Counted from the stretch's first letter, positions 15,076 through 28,751 are shown. The stretch is 64,000 nucleotides of DNA from Octopus bimaculoides (GCF_001194135.2 NC_068984.1:67918554-67982553), one strand, 5' to 3'. Numbers and translations: made by a program. Notes: generated by a model not told the origin, from the sequence alone.

Positions 15076-15827
15076 ACACACACATGCAAAGACAGATAGA
15101 TATATATATTTATACAAAAGTGTAAGTGTGTGTATATAGCAGTATGTATATACATATAGTTATATAGTACATGAAACATTCATATACATACGTGTATATA
15201 TATATATATATATGATACAGTTTAGTATATATTACAAATATATATATGTATGTATATTTTATCTATATGTTAATATATATTTATATATGTGTATACATAT
15301 ATACACATATGTGTGTGTGTGTGTGTGTGTGTGCAAGATATGTATGTGAGGGTATGTGTGCTTTAATGTCAATAACTCACAGTCGGGTAAGAGAGTCTAC
15401 TCGAGTGAAAGTTTGTGTGTAATTGCTTTTTAACGTGTTGAAACTGTACAGGCAGAAGCTGCACCAGAAATTATCTCCAGTCTTACATTGCCACTGTTAG
15501 TCTGTACATCACGTAGCAGACAAATCTAGAATGTGGTATTCCATGTAAATATATATACACAAACATATAAACATAGATATGTATATATGCAAACACAGAC
15601 GCACAAATGTACAGACACAGACGCGCACACACGTGTGCACACACGTATGCACACACAGGCGCATAGACTGAGGGAGAAAGATAAAAAGAGAAATTAGGAG
15701 GCTTTAGATATAAGTATATAAAATAGTACGATTGCTTATATTTCAAGCCCCTCATATAAACGTATAACCTGTGAACAGACACACATACGTGTGTGTGTGT
15801 GTGTGTGTGTGTGTGAAGAAAAAGAGG

Positions 15828-15859
<32 letters not shown>

Positions 15860-16053
15860 AGTGGGGGTTCAGTGAGAGAGAAAAAGGGATGAGATTTAAA
15901 TATAAGTAAAATGATATAAGTGCTTATTTATGAAGTCACTCATATGAATATACAAACTATGAACTCACAAAGAGATATATAAACATATATGTATATACAT
16001 ATATATATACATATATATTATATCGTATCATCATATGCACGAATCTTCTATTG

Positions 16054-16094
<41 letters not shown>

Positions 16095-16587
16095 CATATA
16101 TTATATATACAGAAAGTGACAGAGAGAGGATCGAGAAGAGAAGAGAGTGTAGAGAGAAAGAGAGAGATGAATTTACTACTGCGTCTCAGATCTAAATCTA
16201 CGTATAACTTTACAAATCTAGAAGCGTTCTCCCATTCCGTAATAGTAAATCTGTTGACAGATCTCCTTGTAAGCAATGGTATTATCGAATTTTATTTGTA
16301 TAAGTGGCACATGTTTGCTGCTTTCGTTTCATCAGAATCATGCAGCCGTTGACCTGTTAATTCCACTTACATTCTATACACTGTATACAGTAATCTTATA
16401 TACTTCATTCAGTTATACTTTCTGCATATACGAGACAGTAACCCTGCGGTAAACTATGTGAGCAAATGATTATCCCTTAGATCAAATTATTAAACGGAGG
16501 TCTCGAGATAGGTGACCTTTTCAGATGTAGGATTTGAGACTTTTTTTTTTAGGAGACTGCTCAAGATTTTATTATAATATTATACTA

Positions 16588-16985
16588 TAGGCGCAGGAGT
16601 GGCTGTGTGATAAGTAGCTTGCTTACCAGCCACATGGTTCCGGGTTCAGTCCCACTGCGTGGCACCCTGGGCAAGTGTCTTCTACTATAGCCTCGGGCCG
16701 ACCAAAACCTTGTGAGTGGATTTGGCAGACAGAAACTGAAAGAAATCCGTCGTATAAATGTATATATATGTGTGTGTGTTTTTGTCTGTCTGTGTTTGTC
16801 CCTTACCCAACATCGCTTGACAACCGATGCTGGTGTGTTTACGTCCCCATAACCTAGCGGTTCGGCAAAAAGAGCCCGATAGAATAAGTACTAAGGGTCG
16901 ATTTGCTCGATTAAAGGTGGTGCTCCAGCATGGCACAGTCAAATGACTGAAACAAGTAAAAGGGTAAAGGAGTAAAGAGTATTAC
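16588..16985 (+). mobile_element. tRNA-headed SINE family A, near full length
   Basis: A-box-like gtggctgtgtgataag, B-box-like gggttcagtccc, CORE-like ggcaccctgggcaagtgtctt, internal (TG)n and a gagtaaa-repeat tail; nearly identical to 58670-59070. Confidence 0.93.
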
Positions 16986-16994
16986 TATACAACT

Positions 16995-17210
16995 AAGGCG
17001 GCGAGCTGACAGAATCGTTAGCACAGCGGACAAAATACTTTGCGGCATTTCGTCCGTTTTTACGTTCTCAGTTCCAATTCCTCCGAGGTCGACTTGGCCT
17101 TTCATCCTTTTGCAGTTCATAAAATAAGTACCAATCAAGCACTGGGCTTGATGTAATCTCCCCACCCCAAAAAAATTCAGGCCTTGTGCCTATTATAGAA
17201 AGAATTATTA
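16995..17210 (+). mobile_element. tRNA-headed SINE family B
   Basis: aaggcggcgagctgacagaatcgttagc...cagttccaattcc...gcctttcatcc...caggccttgtgcc...agaaagaattatt; same as the copies at 54889 and 61506. Confidence 0.9.
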
Positions 17211-17224
17211 CTATACACTCTAAT

Positions 17225-17959
17225 AAGCTGGCATGCCAACTTCTGTTTTTCTAGTTTAGATTGAAGACAGCAGTAACAATACTTTGATGTCACGGATGAC
17301 TAGTTCGGGAATATAGTCAATACCGTGGAGACAATTTCAAAGCTCGCTTTACAATAAAGCTTTATGTTGAGCTGAGCATAAATGCTACAAAACTGCTTCT
17401 AGATTAACTTGCATGAGCCGAACATCCGTTTTTCGCTGGCACAAGAAGCCAAGCAAAGCAAGTCCACCGGGAAGCTCATGATGATCCTCCTTTTCGACTG
17501 CAAGAAAATCATTTACATCCACTAGTTTTCCAAATTTATGGGAAATTTGACCAAATGGTCAATCAAGAGTACTTTGTGAAAGTTTTGAGGGAGTTCAGGA
17601 AGAGATTTCGTTACAAGAGGCCAAAGCATTTTCACAAGGACAACGCAACAGTCCAGAATTCCATCTCGGTAACCAAACTACTTAACAGCAAGATGCATCA
17701 AATGTGTCCCTCACACTCCTTACAGTGCAGATCTTGCTTCTTGTGACTTTTAGTTGTTCCTCAAACTGAAGGAAAAGATGGAGGCTGTGAGAAGCGTTAT
17801 AGACGCATTCAACTTGAGGCGACTTCCATGGCGCCTTCATGAAGTAGCTGGAGCGTTATAACAAGTGTATTAAAGCCAGATTTTTTTTTTCTTTACTTCT
17901 TTGAAATTAATAAATGTCTCTCCTGATAAAGTCTGAAAACTTCTGGAATGCACCTTGTA
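17225..17959 (+). mobile_element. Mariner transposase remnant, internally deleted
   Basis: Fragments RTSVFRWHK, KLMMILLFDCK, MVNQEYFVKVLREFRKRFRYKRP..HFHKDNATVQNS, then a CDF.LFLKLK-like stretch; right TIR aaagtctgaaaacttctggaatgcaccttgta ending in TA. Confidence 0.85.
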
Positions 17960-18150
17960 CATATTTTCGAGAAACCAACAAACATTGATTTTTTTTTCTA
18001 CATAGATACAAGGCCTCAGAATTAAGGGATGAGCGTAAACGATTAGTTTCAAACCTGTGTATGACTGATCCCAGTTTTAGCTATCCAGGGATGAATACAG
18101 AGATAAAGCTGATCAATCAATAATTCAATTAAATTTTCTCTACTTTACAC

Positions 18151-18495
18151 TATAGGTACAAGGCCTGAAATTTGGTGGGATGGAGCTAGTCCATTACATC
18201 GAACCAAGTGCCCAACTGATACTTATTTCGTCGACCTTGAAGGGATAAAAAGTGAAGTCGATCTCGGCGGAATTTGAACTCAGAATGTGAGGACCAAATT
18301 CAACTGCTATTGGTTTCAAATTTTTGGACAAGGCCAGTAATTTCGTGAGAGGGATTAAATCGACTGTATCAGACCTTATTTTATCGACCTCGAAAAGATA
18401 AAAGGTAACATCGACTATGGTTGCATTTGAACGTTGAGGAACAAATGTTGCTAAGCATTTTGTCCGGCGCGGTAACGATTCTTCCTGCGAGCCAC
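18151..18495 (-). mobile_element. Two adjacent SINE family B copies
   Basis: Reverse complements of the family B tail and body (acaaggcctgaaattt, gtcgatctcggcggaatttgaactcagaa; ctaagcattttgtccggcgc). Confidence 0.8.
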
Positions 18496-19189
18496 TTGGA
18501 GTAATATCGAGATGTGTTTGAAGAGATTACGTAATTGTTTCTACAAAGATTTTAGTTCCGCTAGTCTTTCCAACAAAATCTGTCTCATATGACACAACCC
18601 ACCACCACCACCAGCACCACCACTACTACTACTACTAGATGTCAAGGTAGCATCAAACCGGAAGCCTGGTCCGATTGCTTGCAACAGAATAGATTCCGAT
18701 AAAGGTATCCAAGGTGATCCATGACTGTGTTAAGCTGACTGATGGATCGTGTCTACCATCGAAGTACGCCAAGGCTGTATTTGAACTCAGCCGGAACAAA
18801 TACCACAAAACATGTAGTCTGACGTTCTTCCAATTCCGATTAGTATTATTTTTGCGTCAACACACAAAAGATGAGAAGCAAAGTTGAACTTGGTAGAATT
18901 TGAACCCAGAAGGCAGAAAGTTGGAACAAATAATATTGAACATTCTGTCCGACGTTCAAGCGAATCTTCAAATCCGTTGAGCAAAATATGGGAGCTGATA
19001 TTGTTCTAAGTATTTGTATGTTGCTATGTTTTCTATATGCTGTGATTGTTACGGGGTATATATAATTTTTGTTATTTTAGTTTTCTTTGTGTGTGGCATA
19101 TTTTTATGCTGTTGATTATAGTTTTGGCGGTATTCAATGTTTTTTGATGTTACTGGTAATGTAGGAAACCATGTATTATTTTAAGTCTA

Positions 19190-19420
19190 AGATCAGTAAG
19201 AGTAATGCACTTACAATCGCGAACTCACGAGTTCGATTTCCGGAACAGACAGAGCGTTATGTTCTTGAGAAAATCACTTCATTTCATGTTATTCTATGAT
19301 CATTTCGACAACTGACGTGTGGCACCTGTACAGGTAATGTCGATTTGATGGAGGAAGTGAGCTAATGTGCTGCATAAACGTTTTGATTGTTGTAAACAAA
19401 TCACCTGCACAGGTTTTCCA
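19190..19420 (+). mobile_element. tRNA-headed SINE, diverged
   Basis: B box gagttcgatttcc followed by gttcttgagaaaatcacttcatttca, the same head as 12285 and 62990. Confidence 0.6.
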
Positions 19421-20026
19421 ACAATATATTGCAGAAACATGTTTCTCGATCTTGAGAAGCTACCATTTATTAATTCCAAGTCTGTTGGTGGGAAACAGTG
19501 GTTTCCAGGTGATGTGTGTAGCTTTGAAAAAAAGTTATGCAATAAAGTTTGGAAAATGGTTGGAGCAAGCCATTGTGATATCTGCGTATGACATCTGTGC
19601 GTATTGTAAAGGTTTAGAAAGGTCATGCAGATATAAGTTGAATAGAATGAGTGAATGAACAGATTCTTGCAGTACTCTATATGAGAAACTTCATGTTTGT
19701 ATTTATCGAGAAAGCCTCTATGGAGTTTCTCGACCTACAAGAAATTACAGAAAAATATTCCTCTTATATCTACTCTGCCATCTTAAAATGTTCAACTATA
19801 GTAATGTTGTAGTAGTAATAGTGTGCATGCATGTAAGCCATGTTATCACTATATGATGACTGAACCAATAGATTAACTTGCTTACTGATATGTGTGAATC
19901 ACCATGAATAGTTTTGTAACGAAGTATAACGTATAACAGAAATGTGTCATATACATAAATACATATATATGCACGCACACATATATATAAGTGTAAATGT
20001 GTGTGTGTGTGTGGGGGGGTGTATAC

Positions 20027-20060
<34 letters not shown>

Positions 20061-20062
<2 letters not shown>

Positions 20063-20754
20063 TTACTCTTTTACTCTTTTACTTGTTTCAGTCATTTGAT
20101 TGCTGCTATGCTGGAGCACCACCTTTAGTCGAACAAACCGACCCCAGGACTTATTCTTTGTAAGCCTAGTACTTATTATATCGAACTCTTTTGCCGAACC
20201 GCTANNNNNNNNNNNNNNNNNNNNNNNNNNNNNNNNNNNNNNNNNNNNNNNNNNNNNNNNNNNNNNNNNNNNNNNNNNNNNNNNNNNNNNNNNNNNNNNN
20301 NNNNNNNNNNNNNNNNNNNNNNNNNNNNNNNNNNNNNNNNNNNNNNNNNNNNNNNNNNNNNNNNNNNNNNNNNNNNNNNNNNNNNNNNNNNNNNNNNNNN
20401 NNNNNNNNNNNNNNNNNNNNNNNNNNNNNNNNNNNNNNNNNNNNNNNNNNNNNNNNNNNNNNNNNNNNNNNNNNNNNNNNNNNNNNNNNNNNNNNNNNNN
20501 NNNNNNNNNNNNNNNNNNNNNNNNNNNNNNNNNNNNNNNNNNNNNNNNNNNNNNNNNNNNNNNNNNNNNNNNNNNNNNNNNNNNNNNNNNNNNNNNNNNN
20601 NNNNNNNNNTCCGTCTACCAAATCCACTCACAAGGCTTTGGTCGGCCCGAGGCTATAGTAGAAGACCCTTGCCCAAGGTGCCATGCAGTGGGACTGAACC
20701 CGGAATCATGTGGTTGGTAAGCAAGCTACTTACCACACAGCCACTCCTACGCCT
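20061..20754 (-). mobile_element. SINE family A spanning an assembly gap
   Basis: Tail (ctttactctt) and head (accacacagccactcctacgcc) flank the gap at 20205-20609. Confidence 0.9.
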
Positions 20755-22346
20755 ATATATATAAGTATATTTAATAAATCGTTTTTCATTGACTTTTGTC
20801 TATGCGTAGCTCAAACTTAACGCATGTTAAAACATATATGCTTGCATAACTTCATAACGCAAATCAAACAAGAAAAGCAGGAAAAGATATAGATGTATGT
20901 GTGTGTGTGCCTCAAAGTATAGCACATGAACATTATTAAGAGAATTTGCCAGATATAACGACAGAGAAAATAAAAATGGCACGAAATAATAAAAACAGCT
21001 TTAGGAATGATGAAGATGATGATCATGATGACGATGATGATGATGATGAAGAAGAAGATTTTTAGTTAAGCTACAAGCTGTTAGTATGTTATTTTGCACC
21101 GTCACTTCCACTGGGTACAGTGGAACGACAGTGTACTTGGTTAGTAAATGAAGAGAATATTTAGGCTTCAGGCAACAGATGGTAAAAAACAAAAAAGAAC
21201 AAAAACAAAATTATAGATTTTCTTAAAATCTCAGGTCCCAATTTCAAACGAAAACCAAAGAACCAAAGATACACAAACAACTATGAAATAAGTTTGAGTA
21301 ATGATTCTGTTTCAGAAAGAATCTGATATAATATTTCTTTGGGGAAATGCAGAATTTGATGTATGGAAAGAAACGATTTTGTTGATGCTAAAGAGTGATG
21401 TGTAGGCAGAAATTCTCTGGAGAATTTGTTTTCCGATGTTAAAACCATTTCTCTTATCTATTTTTGTTTAGCATTTGTTATTCTTTTGTTTTTTTGTTTT
21501 ATTTAAATCTAAGCTGAAAATAATCGTTCAAGCAGGAAGAGCAGCGAACAACAGTTTTTATAAATCTTTCTTCAAAGGAGACAAACACCTCCATATCTGT
21601 TCTATCTAACAATATATATGCCCTTCTATGTAAGTATTTCTGTGTAGCTGTCTGTACCGGTAGCTGTAGTAGGTATGTATGTATGTATGTATGTATGTAT
21701 ATGTATGTATGCATGTGTATATGTATGTATGTACGTACGTATCAATATCTACCTATCAATCTATCTATCTGTCTCTATATATACACACACACATGCACAC
21801 ATATATATATAAGCATACACACACACATATAGTGTGTGTGTATGTGTGCGTGTGTGTGCGTGTGCGCGTGAATATATATATAGCTAAATATAATCTTCAC
21901 ACATTATCACTTCAGAAGCTGAGAAACTGGTTTCTACAACATTCGTTTTACAGTGCAGTTGTTCACTAGTTTTGCTTTTAATAATTTACACTTCAGAAAT
22001 TTCGTCCCTCTTACACACACGCGCGCACGCACACACGCACGTGCATACACACATATATATATACATACACACATACATATATGTATGTGTGTGTGTGTGT
22101 GTGTGCGCGCATGTATATATATATGTATATGTTTGTATGCACGCACAAATATTAGTATAGCTGCTATGGTTTATAAATCTATACAATTGTAAATGGAGAG
22201 CTAGGCCCATATAATAAATACTTCTTGAGATTTTTGCCCAAGTTCAACTGACTGTGGTGTCATTTCACTTCATTGACAACATCTGTAAATTCTGCCCTAA
22301 GGCATATGCATACACACACACAACATTACATGCACACACATACAAG

Positions 22347-22379
<33 letters not shown>

Positions 22380-22499
22380 TAGAGTAGTATGAAACAACGT
22401 CTGGTGTGTGTGTGTGCATGTGTTGTGTACGTGTGTTCTGTGTATTTTTAATTAAAAAGATTTTTTAGGAGTCAAAACGATGCAAGTTATAAGAGTTAA

Positions 22500-22640
22500 T
22501 ACAAGTCAACGGTTTGTAATTTTAACTTGTACATTTCCTAAGATTCCATGAAGAAGGGCTTCTAACGCCGAAATATTGAAGTACAAATTCAAAGTACAGG
22601 CCATCGACTTGAATTATATCTTATAACTTGTATTGTTTTC
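22500..22640 (+). mobile_element. Penelope-like element UTR/pseudo-LTR fragment with hammerhead-like motif
   Basis: ttcc-aTGAAGA-agggcttctaacgcc-GAAAtatt-gaa at 22544-22580; stem II ggc/gcc, palindromic AATATT, stem I ttc/gaa. Confidence 0.5.
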
Positions 22641-22654
22641 GCTATATATATATA

Positions 22655-22730
<76 letters not shown>

Positions 22731-22732
<2 letters not shown>

Positions 22733-22980
22733 TCATCATCATCATCATCATCATTGCCATCACCATCATCGTTTAATGTCTGTCTTCCATGCATGTGAGT
22801 AGAAAGGTTGACAGGAACCGGCCAGGCTACCGTGTCTGTTTTGACAGGTATTTTTTTTTTACGGCTAGATGCCATTCCTGACACCAACTACTTTGCAGAG
22901 TGGACTGAATGATTTTTCGAGGCACTAGCATAGGCAAGGTCAGTTTTGGCATGGTTTTTCACAGTTGGATGCCCTTTCAA
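22731..22980 (-). mobile_element. RTE-type 3' end with (GAT)n tail
   Basis: (CAT)n followed by cgtttaatgtctgtcttccatgc...ggatgccctt, the reverse complement of the 49073 element. Confidence 0.8.
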
Positions 22981-24609
22981 ATATGTGTGTGAGTGTGTCT
23001 GTGTGCGACGCGTGTCTGTTTTGTATATGTGTATGTACACACACACACACAATCACATATATGTGTGTATACAACGACTTTGTGCGCAGTATTCGTTTTC
23101 AAAATTCCACTGAGAACGTGTATTAATCAAACTAAGAAGATGGAAGTCATTTGGTCATGGAACCACGTAACTGTATCGAACACGGAACCATACCATTTGC
23201 GTGACAAAATTCGTAAATTTCAGAGTACAACATTTATGTACTGAATTCTCTTTTTTTCATACTAGTACTTGCAAAATCTTCACTATAATGCGTACATACA
23301 TTCCTACATACATACATACAAACATACATACATACATACATACATACATTCATACATACATTCATACATACGTACATATGTCAAAAAAACGGGGGAAACA
23401 AACAGCTTGTACATGCATGTGAGCACATAAAAATACTCTTATACATAAATAACTGTTCATAAATACATATGTGTATAATATTTGTGTTTCTGTAGTCTAT
23501 ATATTATCAATGTGTCATGCGTAGTAAACCTGCACTGAAATAACGTTATATCATTCCATAAAGTATTTTCAACCTTTTGCTTTAACAACTCCAGTCATAG
23601 ATGCCTACTAACCTTTATTGAAGAGAATATGATTTATTATCAGAGTAAAATAACGATAACATAGCAAAGAAATAAATTAAAAATCTATCTTAAACTAAAA
23701 TATGTACCACACGTTTTCTGCGAGCCTGTATTTGTGTGTGCGTGTTTATATAGACATGGATGCATATGTGTGTATGTATGTATGTATGTATGTATGTATG
23801 CATGTATATATGTGTGTGCGTGCGTGTGTATATGTATGTATATATATATATACATAAGTGCAATATATTCATAATCATGTGTGTGTGTGTGTGTGTGTGA
23901 CTATGAATATATTGCACATCACACATATAAGCGTGTATGAATATGTGTGCGTCTAAGTGCGCATACGTATTTGGTATGCAGCATAGCCGATGTAGTTTCC
24001 GGTGAGATATCTAACGACGAAATAATGGTCCATAGAGCATGAAATTCCAGGGAAATATCTAAGTCTGTGGGTCATCGCTGTGGGTTCCATTAGCTGCTCG
24101 CAAAATCATTGTCTGCATGATCAAAGCAAACATGAGATATTTTTCCAAGCGAGAGATCAACGAAATAACTGGTCCGTCCAAATCCAGCCATTCAAACGAA
24201 ACATAAATGAAATAAAACCAGAACTTCGAAAAAGCTACGCAATATAGGGGGGAAAAAACAGCACAAATATTTAAAATAGCAATATAAATCTTCGCCATGC
24301 ATGTATGAGTGTGTGTGCGTATGTGTGCGTATGTGTATGTGTGTGTGATATTTATAAATGTTTAGAAACGGGGGCGGGATGCATTCAATATATTTAATAG
24401 AGTCTATGCTTTCACTATGATTTCAAAGACGCGAAATTCAGCGTAGTTTTGACGAGAAATCTTAACTTTCTACATGCGAAGATAAATGTGTATGTGTTTG
24501 TCTTTGGGTGTGTATTTGTGAGTGCATGTGTGTGAACACACGCGTGGATGCAGTTTCTCCTAAAATTGCTATTATACAACGACAAGCATATACATACATA
24601 GATACATGC

Positions 24610-24800
24610 ATGGTGGGACTCAACCCGTGACCGTGTAAGACCTCTTCCTAGGCCTTTTTCACTCTAAGAAACTGCTCATTGGTCTCCCCATCATTGATGA
24701 TGTCTCGTATGGCTCCTAAGGCCTGCAAAGGCCCTATAAATCATTCCACACAGGCCACAAGTCATCCACCACTCAGCAGCAACAGCCCGAACATCTGGAT
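24610..24800 (-). mobile_element. LINE ORF2 C-terminal C2H2 finger and 3' UTR fragment (RTE-like)
   Basis: Minus frame ends TCGLCGMIYRAFAGLRSHTRHHQ* (stop at 24691-24693), the C-x2-C...GL.SH.R.H finger found at the end of RTE-clade ORFs. Confidence 0.65.
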
Positions 24801-25194
24801 ACATACATACCTGCATACGTACGTACATATATACATACACACACATACATACATATATACACACATACATACGCACACATACATATATACACATATACAT
24901 ACACACATACATACATAAATGCATACATACATACACGCAAACCCTTAATTCGTTTGTTACATATGATCACGACACTTTGGATTATAAAAATCTGCAAGAC
25001 CTTAAGATTTAAAGGATGATGCTTAAAGCAAGATACTTGCCTTCACACCCTCTCTACAAATTGGGTTGCATGTCAAATTTCTCTAAACTAAAAAGAGAAC
25101 GACAAGTACATACATACATACATACATACATACATACATACATACATACATACATGGTGGTTGTCTACTCCTTACAGAGTTTGACCACCTCCTG

Positions 25195-25280
25195 CACCTA
25201 CACCTTAGCTTTTTCATAACGTCTGATGTGGCTTTTAAAACCAGACAGTGTTTTGAAAAATCACCCACACAGATTGCACC
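25195..25280 (-). mobile_element. Second LINE C-terminal C2H2 finger fragment
   Basis: Minus frame reads RCNLCG*FFKTLSGFKSHIRR. Confidence 0.5.
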
Positions 25281-25543
25281 TCTGATTTGCACTACCAATA
25301 CATGCAGGTAAGCTCTGCTCATTTCATACATACATGCATACGTACATACTGAATATAAACGTACGGGATATGGTTATAACAGGTACCTAAACGTAATGTG
25401 TAGTATAATGCAATGTTTCTTTAATGTGTCAGTGAACATAAAATGCGTGAGTTTGGTAAAATCTTTAGTTCTTGAAAATTCAAACGGCATAATTTATGCA
25501 TGTAAAATCATTAATAACATTAACACTTTTTTTATAGTCATTT

Positions 25544-25952
25544 GCCGGTGCTGATGTAGTATGTGATCTACATACATGTTTCTGGTATAGTTTGTGATCT
25601 ACATTAGTTCAAATGGTATAGTTTGTGATCTACACCGACTTTTTGACCTACATTTAAAATTCATCTATTTACTCCACTTACGGTTGGTTTGGTATATAAA
25701 TAAAAATAAAAAAACTTCTATGATTGAAACACTTTTAGTCCTGAGCCCATTGAAACAAGTCGTGATGAGAGCAAAAGAATTTTACGCACAGGTTATTCGA
25801 GATGAAGAAGCTGCAATAGAATTTCTCTGACGCTATGAACTCCTTGTTTAACTCACTCCTCTAATTATAATTGCAAATTTAAGGTAAAATTTTTAATGTA
25901 GATCACAAGCTAGTCTAGATTTAAGTTGCTGTAGATCACATACTCCACCGGC
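25544..25952 (+). mobile_element. Non-autonomous TIR transposon, Merlin/IS1016-like
   Basis: TIRs gccggtg..gtagtatgtgatctac / gtagatcacatactccaccggc; repeated tgtgatctac motifs; 8-bp flanks agtcattt/atgcattt (6 of 8 match); internal MRAKEFYAQVIRDEEAAIEFL*RYELL. Confidence 0.6.
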
Positions 25953-26499
25953 ATGCATTTGCTTTTAATCTTGGAAGTTCAATTATTAACAAAATAGATA
26001 TTATTATTCAACAACCGTATTAGAGATTAATATAAACACCAAGAAATATATGACATGAAAACGAGTGACTAATACCTGAATGCATTGCGTGTTAATTATA
26101 TACAGTAGGATAAACACCGCCCTCTGTACGTTTTCCTCAAGTTTATATTGATGATGTTTAACACATACATATTGTTCTTATTGTATATGTAAAAGTCCAT
26201 TGACTAGTGACTCTTTTTTTAATTCGAACCGAAGGTGCTAAGGCACATTGTCCAATGTACCATTGCCTGATAGAATATGGTTCTTCGTGGGAGAAATGTG
26301 GGTGCTACATCAAACAGAACCAGCGATCGCATACAGAGAGGCCTTCTAATGTTGTTCAATAGAAGTTTAGTTGTTGACGTACGATGAACATCGTTTCAAT
26401 CATGACCATTTCAACATGATTGTACATGAGGAACAACATTGTCCAACAAATCATTTATTCAAGACGGGAGCCGGAAATTTGAGCGAGATTTTACTGCTC

Positions 26500-26897
26500 G
26501 GCGCAGGCCTGGCAGTGTGGTAAAACGTTTGCTTCTCAATCATAAAGTTCCGGGTTCAGTCTCACTACGTAACATCTTAGTTAAGATTCTTTTACGATAG
26601 CTTCGGGTTGACAAAGGCCTTGTGAGTGGATTTGGTAGACGGATACTGAAAGAAGCCCGTCGTATTTGTGTCTGTGCGTGTGTCTTGGTTGGTCCACCAC
26701 CACCACCACTTGACAACCGACGTTGATGTGTTTACGTCCCCGTAACTTAGAAGTTCTGACACCGATGTAATATGTACCGAGCATTAAAAAAGAAAAAAGT
26801 ACTGTGGTCCATTCTTTCGACTAAAATTCTTCAAGGTAGTGCCCCAGCAAGACCGCAGTCTAATGACTGAAACAAGGGCAAAATAAAAGATAAAAGA
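26500..26897 (+). mobile_element. SINE family A, diverged full-length copy
   Basis: Collinear with the 16588 copy (ggcgcagg...gggttcagtc...gccttgtgagtggatttggtagacgg...gactgaaacaag). Confidence 0.88.
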
Positions 26898-28751
26898 TGT
26901 TCCCGTTTATTGAATCCCGAAATCAGCGAATATACATCGACTTTACCTAACGTGTTACAGTCGAAAGTGATTTTCTACCTGCCACCCTCTCTTTTCTCTC
27001 TTTCACACACACACATGATTCTTACATCTTTCTTTCACAGGAGTGGTACATGTAAATAACAAGATGAATTACTTGGGGAGGCTGTGTTACATGGAAGGAG
27101 AAAGGGCTGGCGGAGTTTCGGTTACATATTTGAAAATACATTAGCATTATAAAAGATACTCAATCATCATATTTATATATGTATATATATCTATATATNN
27201 NNNNNNNNNNNNNNNNNNNNNNNNNNNNNNNNNNNNNNNNNNNNNNNNNNNNNNNNNNNNNNNNNNNNNNNNNNNNNNNNNNNNNNNNNNNNNNNNNNNN
27301 NNNNNNNNNNNNNNNNNNNNNNNNNNNNNNNNNNNNNNNNNNNNNNNNNNNNNNNNNNNNNNNNNNNNNNNNNNNNNNNNNNNNNNNNNNNNNNNNNNNN
27401 NNNNNNNNNNNNNNNNNNNNNNNNNNNNNNNNNNNNNNNNNNNNNNNNNNNNNNNNNNNNNNNNNNNNNNNNNNNNNNNNNNNNNNNNNNNNNNNNNNNN
27501 NNNNNNNNNNNNNNNNNNNNNNNNNNNNNNNNNNNNNNNNNNNNNNNNNNNNNNNNNNNNNNNNNNNNNNNNNNNNNNNNNNNNNNNNNNNNNNNNNNNN
27601 NNNNNNNNNNNNNNNNNNNNNNNNNNNNNNNNNNNNNNNNNNNNNNNNNNNNNNNNNNNNNNNNNNNNNNNNNNNNNNNNNNNNNNNNNNNNNNNNNNNN
27701 NNNNNNNNNNNNNNNNNNNNNNNNNNNNNNNNNNNNNNNNNNNNNNNNNNNNNNNNNNNNNNNNNNNNNNNNNNNNNNNNNNNNNNNNNNNNNNNNNNNN
27801 NNNNNNNNNNNNNNNNNNNNNNNNNNNNNNNNNNNNNNNNNNNNTATATATATATATATATTAGACAAATATGCACATACACGGATACATACGTGTGGGC
27901 GTATGTGTATATGATGCACACACATACACACACACACTCATATGTACATATGCATGTATATACATTTATATATTATCTACACCTCTGTGTGTGTGTTTGT
28001 GCGTGCGTGCGTATGTGTGCGCACATAACAAGAATATTAAATTTTGTATTAAATACGGCTTCACTAATCAGACGCTTTATACATCTTACATATGTTTAAA
28101 CAGGTACATAAACAGATATCTATATATGCATACAGCCTATATCTTCGTACTCAAAAATTCATGTAGAATGGTATATAATCAACATCAACATCATCATCAT
28201 CATCGTCGTCGTCATAATCAAAAACAACAACAACAGCAACATTATTCTCATCGCTCCACTCAGAAACGAGTAGGGCATTCATTATATCCACAATGACTTG
28301 AACACAGTCTTGCTGCTAATATTTCTTTTTCTTGGAAAAGACATATTCCAATAGAAATCTAATCAGCGATTATTGTATATACTCATGTAATCATTTATAA
28401 TTCTTCAACGTAGTTCCTAAATGGCTCCTTAGTAAATGACACACGCGTACCGTTGACGTCTTCCCTATAATGATGTTTACTTCATCTTTGCTTCCCTCTC
28501 TCTGTAAGGAATTTAGATAAGTTGCAACTAATACTAGCCTCTGATAAAAAATACAAAAAAGCAGCATTTTGTATTACCTAACATTACATTCTCAGGTTTG
28601 AATGTTGCTGTGCTCAGTTTTACCTTTTTTCTCTCTAGAGTCGATAAAATAAAGTACGAGTAAATACTGAGGTTGTTCTAATCGACTGTATTCCTTCCTC
28701 CAAATTTAAAGCCTTGAATCTATGTCATACATAAATATTTAGGCTATTTGC

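Noticed and set aside
16318-16345. Minus-strand CTGATGA-aac-GAAA hammerhead-like core
   Set aside because: Only 3 nt for stem II, and no U opposite A15.1 to form the cleavage site.
19365-19658. Overlapping Cys-containing ORFs
   Set aside because: They begin inside a SINE and match no domain I can recognise.
21514-21629. Plus-strand exon with good splice signals
   Set aside because: Stops in all three frames and no partner exons; could be non-coding but is unsupported.
26200-26495. Possible Tc1 transposase remnant (FIQDG-like)
   Set aside because: A single short motif with no TIRs or collinear motifs.
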